A DNA stretch of 64,000 bases from positions 1,353 through 65,352 of IMG/VR virus record IMGVR_UViG_3300035492_000180. One strand, given 5' to 3'. Position 1 is the first letter of the stretch; each line of letters starts with the position of its first letter. The position numbers and the translations under genes are program-made. Of the stretch, positions 21,178 to 29,700 are shown one piece after another. Below the pieces are notes generated by a model that was given only the letters and a program-made list of their open reading frames with translations, did not search any database and was not told the DNA's origin. This stretch comes from a virus.

Positions 21178-21411
21178 ATGTCTAAAGAATTGCAACCTCA
21201 TCAATTACGAGTCATTGAAGAGAAGAAGGAACTATCTGAGAAGATCTCCAAGCTTGAGAAGTTCTTCGATTCCGGCGCCGTAGCAAATATCTGCGCTATT
21301 GAAAGAACTATGCTCACCCAACAGGTTTTCTATATGAAGCAGTATGAAGGTATTCTGCGAGAACGTATTAAATTCTTTCATGAAAGCCTGAACTCAGAGC
21401 TGATGGCTTAA
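21178..21411 (+). CDS. small coiled-coil protein (resembles the crAss001_48-like family)
   Basis: PHQLRVIEEKKELSEKISKLEKFF..L..Q..YM..Y..IL.ERI.FF pattern. Confidence 0.6.
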   Translation: MSKELQPHQLRVIEEKKELSEKISKLEKFFDSGAVANICAIERTMLTQQVFYMKQYEGILRERIKFFHESLNSELMA

Positions 21412-21412
21412 G

Positions 21413-21462
21413 TTATTGCACTTCCAGCTTTACACGATCCCGTCAGTTTAAGGGCCTGTGTC
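21413..21462 (+). repeat. 50-bp dispersed repeat, copy 2 (class B motif)
   Basis: ttattgcacttccagctttacacgatcccgtcagtttaagggcctgtgtc. Confidence 0.95.
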
Positions 21463-21679
21463 TCCCCCTATTATTCTATAGATTATTATGTAGTATATAG
21501 GTTGAGGTGTATAATTATTAATAATAAATATCTATATTATTGTTAGTAGTTATGTACTATAATAAATATCTACATAAAAGTTAGTAAGATAGAGGGAGAT
21601 GTGGGTTAAAAGTTTCTATTGGTAGAGTTGTACTCTGCTAATTTCACTCAATTATAGGCTGTGCCTGCGAGGAATAAAT

Positions 21680-22333
21680 ATGTCGAAAGAAGATAACTTG
21701 GATAATGTCAATAATGATGTCAACAAGGAAGATGTTGAAAACAAGAACACTCCCCCTGACAACAGTGTTGAAAAGCTGGTCCAAGAGAAAGTTGAAGAAA
21801 ACCTTAAGCCGATTAAAAACAAGCTGAATGACGCTTACAAACAGCGTGATGAGGCTATGAAAAAGTTGGCTGAGCTTGAACAAAAGCAAAAAGAAGAGCA
21901 CATGAAGCGTCTGGAGGAAGAAGGCAAGCATAAAGAGCTGCTGGAAATCCGTCTTGCTGAAGAAACTGCTCGTCGTGAAGCACTTGAGAAGCGTAATACC
22001 GAACTGTCGCGTGACGTTAAGGTTCGCTCTTCTTTGTCTGGTTTGGATTTTCGCAACGAGCGTGCCATTGAAATTGCTTACAAGGAAATTGTTGGAAACC
22101 TTGTACAAGATGAAAATGGTGTCTGGAAGCATGCTTCAGGTGTATCTATTGAAGACTACATCACGGCTTTCGCCCGAGATGAAGACAACGCCTTCCTGTT
22201 CAAGGTCAAAGGAAACTCTGGTGGTGGTACGTCGCCTACCTCAGGCGGCACTCCTACAAATAAGAAGAAATCCCTCTTTGAATACTCTCAAGAGGAACTC
22301 ATTAAGATGGCACAAGAAGGTAAACTCCGATAA
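21680..22333 (+). CDS. capsid scaffold protein
   Basis: Highly charged coiled coil with a G/S/T-rich C-terminal linker, directly upstream of the capsid gene. Confidence 0.8.
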   Translation: MSKEDNLDNVNNDVNKEDVENKNTPPDNSVEKLVQEKVEENLKPIKNKLNDAYKQRDEAMKKLAELEQKQKEEHMKRLEEEGKHKELLEIRLAEETARREALEKRNTELSRDVKVRSSLSGLDFRNERAIEIAYKEIVGNLVQDENGVWKHASGVSIEDYITAFARDEDNAFLFKVKGNSGGGTSPTSGGTPTNKKKSLFEYSQEELIKMAQEGKLR

Positions 22334-22364
22334 CCTTTTGTGTCTCCTTTAAAAGGAAATTCAC

Positions 22365-23552
22365 ATGACTGTAAAGACTAACCTCGCCGGTGCTACCAAC
22401 TACGTTCTGCAAGAGGCTATCAGTGCTCTGACCGATGAAGCCTACACCAATGCCCGCAAGCTGTCGAGCACTGGTATTGTTGGTGGTAACCCGCAAATCG
22501 ATACGAACACCGAGACGTTCATCGGCCAAATCCGTTGGAACAAGCCGCTGAACCCGACTATCAACGTTGCGTCTCTGACGGATGCGACTGACGGTCAAAT
22601 GACTTCGACTGCTCAAGACTACCTGACCTACATCAAGACTGTGCGTACGCATGGTGCTCGTAAGGTCAACATGCAGCAAGTCGTTACTCAACAAGATGGT
22701 CTGGCTAAGATTGCTCGCGACTTCAGCGAAACCCGTAGCCAAGATGAGCACAACGCTCTTCTGTCTGTTCTGAAAGGTGTTGCTCTGTCGGAAGTGCTGT
22801 ATGGTGCCGGTTCTGCCTCGGGCTTTGCCGGTATGGGCGGTCAAACCTTCGAGAACGATCCGACGGACAAGCGTTATGGCTTCTATGTCGATCTGGGTAA
22901 CAACAAGGCTATCGTTGATGCCACTTCTGCTGTTCAGGGCGCTGCTCGTGCTGAAGGCTTCCTGCAGGCCATTGGTAAGGCTTACAAGGACTATGAGCCG
23001 GAGTATGCCTACCTGATCTGCTCGCCTGAAATCATGGCTTCGCTGCGCAGTGCTAACCTTGTCGATGCTGATCGCGTGCAAGATGGTAACATCATGTTCA
23101 ACACCATCTTCCAAGGCAAGTTCCGTCTGATCCAGACTCGTGCTAACCAAGGCTTCACCGCTTCGGAAATCGCCAAGATCAACTCCGGTGATGGTGCCGA
23201 TATTGTCGGCACGAAGACTTCGTTTATCGCCCTTCCGGGTACGATTGCAATGGAGAACCTGTCTGTTCCGGAACCCACTGAAATCGAGCGTAAGGCTTCG
23301 TCCTACCAAGGTGGTGGTACTACCGATATCTGGTATCGTTGGGGTTATGTCGCTGCTCCGGCTGGCTATGACTGGATTGGTAACAAGGAAGCGTTCCCGT
23401 CGGATGCTGACTTCATGTCGGTCATCGAAGGCGGTACTACCAAGGCTCTGCTGGATGCAACTGCTCTTGATCTGGACGGTGTTACTGGCACTTGGAATCG
23501 TAAGTTTACTTCGGCTCTGTCGCTGGGTATCCTCCCCGTCTTCCATAGCTAA
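22365..23552 (+). CDS. major capsid protein
   Basis: 395 aa, strong high-expression codon bias, follows the scaffold. Confidence 0.85.
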   Translation: MTVKTNLAGATNYVLQEAISALTDEAYTNARKLSSTGIVGGNPQIDTNTETFIGQIRWNKPLNPTINVASLTDATDGQMTSTAQDYLTYIKTVRTHGARKVNMQQVVTQQDGLAKIARDFSETRSQDEHNALLSVLKGVALSEVLYGAGSASGFAGMGGQTFENDPTDKRYGFYVDLGNNKAIVDATSAVQGAARAEGFLQAIGKAYKDYEPEYAYLICSPEIMASLRSANLVDADRVQDGNIMFNTIFQGKFRLIQTRANQGFTASEIAKINSGDGADIVGTKTSFIALPGTIAMENLSVPEPTEIERKASSYQGGGTTDIWYRWGYVAAPAGYDWIGNKEAFPSDADFMSVIEGGTTKALLDATALDLDGVTGTWNRKFTSALSLGILPVFHS

Positions 23553-23573
23553 TCTTCGAGGAGGGTCTGCTGT

Positions 23574-24044
23574 ATGCTTGTAAAAGGACAAAACTCCTAT
23601 GTCGATCTTGGAGAGGCAAATGCCTACTTTGCTGATAGGCTTGATGTCGCTGCCTGGACTGAAGCTTCTGATCTCGAAAGAGAGCAGGCTTTGGTTACAG
23701 CAACTTCAATGCTTGATAGCTACGAGTGGATCGGCCAAGTTGTAGACCCTCTTCAACCTCTTGCTTTTCCCAGAAATGCACAATACTTCGATCAGAGGCT
23801 AGGCATGTTGGCAAGTATGAATCCTGTTCCAAACAGGATTTTGGTGGCCTGTTATGAGCTGGCATACCACTTGCTTAATAACGACGGATTGCTTGACAAT
23901 ACTGGCTCAGTAAAATCACTTACTGTCGGCCCAATCTCTCTGACGAACATTGTTTCCTCTTCGAAGGTGCCTCACAACATCAAGAAAACCTTATCAGGGA
24001 TGCTTGTCAAAGGTGTTGGCGGTGCATGGTGGAGGGCTAATTAA
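23574..24044 (+). CDS. head-tail adaptor
   Basis: NSYVDLGEANAYF..Q.LAFPR..VACYELA pattern; position after capsid. Confidence 0.7.
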   Translation: MLVKGQNSYVDLGEANAYFADRLDVAAWTEASDLEREQALVTATSMLDSYEWIGQVVDPLQPLAFPRNAQYFDQRLGMLASMNPVPNRILVACYELAYHLLNNDGLLDNTGSVKSLTVGPISLTNIVSSSKVPHNIKKTLSGMLVKGVGGAWWRAN

Positions 24045-24406
24045 TGAGCCTTCGCAATACAGTGAAAAGAAATGTCCGAAAAGCCTTTGCGATGATAGGA
24101 GATTTAAAGACAGAAGCCGTCTTTACTAAAAAAGGCAATGCTGGTTTTGACTTTGCAACAGGTACAACAATTCCTGCTGTAGAGACAACAAAGACCCTAC
24201 AAGGCGTCTATCAAGGAAAGACCAGCAAAGGCGATTCGAAAACTTTAACTAAAGGGCAAACAGGTAAGTTCTTCTTCATCGAAGACGACCTCCCGGATGT
24301 TGAAGATTACGATTCTGTCGCCTTTAATAGCACTGATTGGCAGATCGTCCCTCCTGTCGTTAAAGATGGCTATCTCATCACTCTGACCGTCGAAGAGAAG
24401 CTATAA
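24044..24406 (+). CDS. head closure / neck protein
   Basis: Position and size; translationally coupled. Confidence 0.55.
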   Translation: MSLRNTVKRNVRKAFAMIGDLKTEAVFTKKGNAGFDFATGTTIPAVETTKTLQGVYQGKTSKGDSKTLTKGQTGKFFFIEDDLPDVEDYDSVAFNSTDWQIVPPVVKDGYLITLTVEEKL

Positions 24407-24816
24407 TGGGTAAATATGAAGAGGTTCTAAAAAACATCTATGGTGTTTTTGATGGGACAGCTTGGAAAGATTTAAATATCAATACTCAACCGGAAAACTA
24501 TAAAGGGATTACAACTGAAACAATAGTGATTACTCTATTATTCACAGGAGGCTCGTTACCTGGTACAGCCTCTTCTAGTGTTTCGGGGATGATCATGATT
24601 GACATTTTTGTCGAGGCAAACAAAGGGCCTTTACGTGCTCATCAGATAGCAGGTGAGCTTGATTTGTTACTTGTAGAGAAATCTATTGTAGCTACGTCAG
24701 GAAATGTAACTCAGCTATTGCGTAGCAGTCTTGCTTCAATCGGAGTGGATGCTGCAAACAAAACTCTTTATAGGTATTCTTACTCGATTCCGTTTAACCA
24801 CTTTGGAGCTAATTAA
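24406..24816 (+). CDS. tail terminator / neck protein
   Basis: Position immediately before the tail tube gene. Confidence 0.55.
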   Translation: MGKYEEVLKNIYGVFDGTAWKDLNINTQPENYKGITTETIVITLLFTGGSLPGTASSSVSGMIMIDIFVEANKGPLRAHQIAGELDLLLVEKSIVATSGNVTQLLRSSLASIGVDAANKTLYRYSYSIPFNHFGAN

Positions 24817-25406
24817 TGGCACACATTAACTCGATTGGTGCGGGTATGTTCTCGGATATGGCTATTGCCGTTCCGACTACTCCGCCTGCTTTTAACACCC
24901 TGGACACTGCTGCTGAATTTGAAGCTCTGTTTGCTAATGAGATCGAGTCGGCTGGCGGCACTAAAGGTCTTGATACGTTCGTGCGTATCAAGGACGTCCG
25001 TGAATTCCCTTCGATGGGTACGCCTCCGAACATTGTGAACGTTCCTGTCTATGGTCAGCGTACGTCGCAACAGGTTCAAGGTCAGTCTGATGCTCCGACA
25101 CTGGAAATCACTGTCAACTATGTTCCTGCGAACTGGGCCGATGGCACTATTCTTGGTGACATGGTTGGTGATGGTAATCAGTATGTTATGCGTTTCACGC
25201 TGCTTAACACTGAACCTACCGGAACTGGTGCAACTAAGTTTGCTTCGACGGCTGCTGGTCTCGGTACTGTCCCGAATAGTGAATACTATTGGGTTGGTAA
25301 GATTGAGGCTCTGCTGGTTAACCCGCAGCTCACTGATGCCAACACTGCAACTGTGACTATGTCGCTGCAGTCTGACTTCTACGGTGCCTATACGCTTGGT
25401 GCCTAA
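24816..25406 (+). CDS. major tail tube protein
   Basis: 196 aa, high-expression codon bias, followed by terminator and chaperones. Confidence 0.8.
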   Translation: MAHINSIGAGMFSDMAIAVPTTPPAFNTLDTAAEFEALFANEIESAGGTKGLDTFVRIKDVREFPSMGTPPNIVNVPVYGQRTSQQVQGQSDAPTLEITVNYVPANWADGTILGDMVGDGNQYVMRFTLLNTEPTGTGATKFASTAAGLGTVPNSEYYWVGKIEALLVNPQLTDANTATVTMSLQSDFYGAYTLGA

Positions 25407-25414
25407 TTAAGATA

Positions 25415-25450
25415 ATGGGAGGTGTCTTCGGGCATCTCCCATATATTTTT
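25415..25450 (+). terminator. intrinsic terminator (UUCG loop)
   Basis: atgggaggtgtc-ttcg-ggcatctcccat-atattttt. Confidence 0.75.
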
Positions 25451-25462
25451 AGAGATAATATA

Positions 25463-25693
25463 ATGGATGAGAAGAAAATCAAGTTCTCTAAAGGCTACGT
25501 GCTGCGAGTAACTGCAAAGCATATGCGTAAGAGTATCGACATCAGCATTCGGAAAACGTTTGCTCGAATTAAAGAGCATGCTGATGATCAAGAAAAATCG
25601 AAAGAAATCTTCGAGACGCTGTCTGTCTTGCATGACATGCGTCGAAAGCTCGATGAGTTCCAATCAGAAAATCGTGCATCTTTCAAAGACTAA
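25463..25693 (+). CDS. hypothetical protein in tail module
   Basis: MDEKKIKFSKGY.. 76-aa ORF. Confidence 0.55.
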   Translation: MDEKKIKFSKGYVLRVTAKHMRKSIDISIRKTFARIKEHADDQEKSKEIFETLSVLHDMRRKLDEFQSENRASFKD

Positions 25694-25707
25694 TCAAGGA
25701 GAATTTT

Positions 25708-26321
25708 ATGACCAATCGTTTTTCCAATCTGAAAGCCACCAAAAAGCATAAGTTCATTTCTGTCGAAGTTGAAATGTGCAAGCTGTCGACAGCTGATGTC
25801 CTTGAAATTCAAGAGCAATCGAAGAAGCTTGGCGAAGGCGGTACCGACAAGGACAATATTGACCTTATGCTTTCTGTTATCCGTAAGGGTGTGGCAGAGA
25901 TGAAAGACATGACCGATGAAGAGCTGCTGGATCTTCCGATGGAAGACCTGTCTACTTTGTCGGCTGAAATCATGAAGTTCTCGGGTCTGGGAAAGGGTCA
26001 ATAACAGACGAAGAGCTTTCAATCTTCGAAATTGCCCATCATCTCAGAATACCCGTTTATGTCTTACTAAGAGACATGCCCTACACTGAGTTTAGGATGT
26101 GGCAAGAATATTTTGACAGATATCCTCCAGAGTGGAGAGCAGACTACAGGGCTTCCGTTATTGCCAAAAGCATGAGCGGAGGTAAGGCTGAAGATATGTT
26201 TCCATCTCTTAAAAGAATTCGAAAGAATTCGTCTGAGGATAAAGGGCTTCGCGGCTCTATGTTCTTCTCTAAAATGCTCAACTCAAAAGGAGGTGATCGT
26301 CCTGATTTCCTTAAAGATTAA
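25708..26321 (+). CDS. tail assembly chaperone G (25708..26004) and -1 frameshift product GT (to 26321)
   Basis: Slippery G GGA AAG at 25989-25995; the -1 frame is open (GKGSITDEELSIFE..) and joins ORF 26076..26321. Confidence 0.9.
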
Positions 26322-26634
26322 AGGCGTGTCTTCTGAGTTTAAGAAACTTAGAGAGGAACTTCGAAAAGAAGAAGAGAAGAAGCTTCAAAAAGTCTGTGAG
26401 CAAGCGATAGCTGAACTTCGCGACAAAACCCCTGTCGATACAGGATTTGCAAAAAGTCAGTGGAAGCTTGCAAAAGCCAAAAGCAAGACACCAGAATTTG
26501 AGATTCACAACGAGACACCTTATATTGATTTCCTCAACTTAGGTAGCTCAAAGCAGGCACCAAAGTACTTTGTTGAAAAGACAATGCTTAAATACGGTAA
26601 ACCTGTGGGTGCTATAACAAAATATAGTTCCTAA
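26293..26634 (+). CDS. HK97 gp10-like neck/tail completion protein
   Basis: KTPVDTG..SQW and I.NE.PYI.FLN.GSSKQAP motifs. Confidence 0.75.
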   Translation: MIVLISLKIKGVSSEFKKLREELRKEEEKKLQKVCEQAIAELRDKTPVDTGFAKSQWKLAKAKSKTPEFEIHNETPYIDFLNLGSSKQAPKYFVEKTMLKYGKPVGAITKYSS

Positions 26635-26636
26635 AT

Positions 26637-26696
26637 TAGCCCGGTTAGCAACGAAGCAAGATACACTCTTGTGGAACTGCTGCCGGGCTATTTTTT
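26637..26696 (+). terminator. extended hairpin with T-run upstream of the tape measure gene
   Basis: tagcccgg..tagca / tgctg..ccgggcta-tttttt, with inner caaga-tacac-tcttg stem. Confidence 0.6.
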
Positions 26697-26718
26697 ACTT
26701 AACTACAAAGGGGTAGAG

Positions 26719-29700
26719 ATGGCTATTGAAGTTGATGTCAAATCGAACTCACGATTTGCAAGACAAGATCTAGACCAGCTTGAAGCCCAGGTAAATAAAG
26801 TAGGAAAGTCTGTTAATAAGCTATCGGAGAAAGATTTTAAAAGTCTTTCTGCATCGGTTAGCTCTATTGATTCTTCTATTAAGAGCCTTGGCAGCAAGCT
26901 CTCTAATTTGGCAGCAGGTGTCGGAACACTTGTCGCCGCTACAGCAGGGCTTTCAGCATTGGCAAAAGCTGCTGACAGCTTTGCAAAGATGTCTAACAGA
27001 ATCAAAACTACAACAAACACAGTTGATGAGTATAACAGATCACTGTCTGATACAAGAAAGATTGCATTAGAAACAGGCCAAAGTATTGAGGATATTACTG
27101 CACTCTACAGCAAGCTAACATTTGCTTCCAAAGACTTTGCAGCTACACAAGGTCAAGTTGCCAAGGTAACGGCTACAGTTTCCAAAGCCTTAGCTGCAAG
27201 CGGAGCATCTGCTGCTGAAAGAAGTTCCGCGATTCTTCAATTAGGCCAAGCAATGCAGTCTGCATTCGTTCAAGGTGATGAACTTAGAACTTTGCGAGAA
27301 GCTGCCCCATTTCTTATCAAGACAGTCGCTGATAGTCTAGGTGTAACAGTAGGCGAAATCAAGAAGCTTGGTGAGCAAGGCATGCTTACTAGTAAGGTCT
27401 TCTTTAATGCGCTTCTTGAAGGTGCTGATGAGACCGATCGTGTGTTCCAAAAGATGGACGCCACTTATGAGAAAGCTTTTAAGACCTTTGGAACAGGTCT
27501 CCAGATCTTTGCAAGGCAATTTCTTAATGCCTTTGGTGGAGGCGACTTTGCTGAAGTTCTGAATAGATTTGCAAAAGACTTTACAAAAGCTGCTATTAAT
27601 TTTGATATGACTCTCATCAGAATGAAAGCAGACTTCTGGCTATTCATTAATAGTCTTGTTAAAGGTTTTCCTAGTGCGTCTAAAGTAGTTAAAGATGAAG
27701 TAAAGAAGATCGTAGAGTATGTAAAGGGTATTAAGATCCCTTCAATCGATCTTGATAAATTCATCCCTAAGCTGGAACCGATGAAGCAGTCAGTTCTAAG
27801 CTGGGTCAAGACAATAGAGAGAGCTTTCTTCTGGCTATATGATGAAGTTATCGGCCACTCCTGGATTCCCGATCTGGTTGAAGGTGTTATCTGGTGGATG
27901 AAGAAGCTTCTTGATAAGCCTGTAGAATACGCAAAAGTATTTGCTCATAAGGTAAATAATTTCTTTGCTAATATCAAGTTACCTGAGCTTCAGGTGAAAG
28001 AATTTGGGCTTGCATCTGGGATTACCATTGCAACCCTTGCTGGTCTTGCCACAGCATTTGCAACAAAGAGTGTGTTCCTTCCTTTGTCTGTAGGTGTCGG
28101 TACTGCACTTGTCTTAGGTTTTAACAAAGAGGCCACAGCTCTTACTTCTATTGTTGGGACAGTATTCTCTGGAGGTATCGCGCTTCTTGTCGGAAACCCT
28201 GTCATCAAAGTCATGGCAGGCGTTGTGTCTACGATGTTTACAGCCGCTGCTATTGAATCCAAGGGAGCAGTTACACAATCCTTTGGAGATGCTGTACTTA
28301 GTGGTATTCGTTGGGCATTTGACAAGATTGTTAATTACTTGTACGGTCAAGATGTCTTCGGCCAGCGTGCTTTCCAAGATACTTTGTTCCTTGTCGCAAA
28401 GATTGCGCTTTTGTTTAGTGCAGGCAGGTCAGCATTTGTGAGTGCTGCTCAAGGTCTTGTTGGTGCTGGCAACGCTTTCGGTAAAAAAATGGGTGATAGA
28501 CTTGAAAAGTCTCTTCGTTCCATGGACTTAAAAGGAATGCAAAATAAGCTTTCCAACGAACAAGCAATGCTTAAGAGAAACACTGAGGCCGCTAGAATGG
28601 CCGTAAATGCAGAGCGTAAAGTATTGGCTCAGACAAGATCAGCAAATGGTCAGCTACTTGGCAATATGGGTCTCAAGCAGTATGATATCGCTGCTAGGTC
28701 AAACAATCCTCAAGCGATGGCAGCCTTTGTCAATAGCCTGTCTGCAGAAGGACAGAAGGCTGTAAAACGCTTGAACCTGAACAATCAACGTATGGACACT
28801 GTTCTACGTGATAACGAATTAAGACAAAGCAAAGTAATTAAGCCGCTTGAAGAGGCTGTTAGAAATAACAAAATGGTTGTTGATAGTCTCTCTGCTAGTC
28901 TCCGTCAAGCTTCTTTAGCTCTTCAAGGTGCCATTGGTAATCTGGCAGGCGGCGTGGCAGGTATTTTTGGTTCTTTCGCTGGCTATAATGTCGGAAGAAA
29001 CATTGCTGATGGTATGGCAGAAAATACTCCTGCGTGGCAGAAAGCTGCTATCCCATTTGTCGGAGCTTTTGTTGGGCAGTTCCTTGCAAGTGGTATTGGG
29101 CAGATTGTTGGTAGATTTACATACCTGTTTATTGCCACTGCAGTTCCAGGAATTGTAAAGGCTTTCTTAGCTGGTGTAGCACTGCCGCTTGCAAGAACAT
29201 TCATGACATATGGCATTGTTGGGCCGCTGTCTCAGCTGCTTCCTAAGATCTTTGCGGTATCTCTTGCTCCTGTTACAGCAATCCCTATTGCTGTTGTTGG
29301 ACTTACTGTACTGCTTGGTGCATTCGGGCCTACTATTATTAAAAGCATGAAGACAGGTGCTAATTACTTGGTTGAAAGGATGCAAAATATCCTATTTGAC
29401 ATGCTACCAACAAAATTACAAGACACCTTAAGGAAGAACTTTGAAGCATCAGGTGAAGCTGGTCCTATTCAGCCTGAGAATTCGCGTTCTCTTACCCTTA
29501 GGGTTGCGGAAGTTGCAATATCTATAGTAGACATGTTTGACTCGGAAAGCGCGCATGATATCTCTGAGTATGGTAGAGGCGGTGAAGAGGAGACCTCACA
29601 GATCAGAAAGATTGCAGAGTGGGTTGACAAGATTCCTGAAACTTTTGCAGATGCTATGGCGATGCGAGGAGGCATGATTGTCTCCCCTTCTCCGGAAGAG

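Noticed and set aside
22302-23591. 429-aa minus-strand ORF, and many other antisense ORFs in the track
   Set aside because: Shadow of the strongly codon-biased capsid gene; no RBS or motifs. The same applies to antisense ORFs over the TMP, SSB, polymerase and nrdJ
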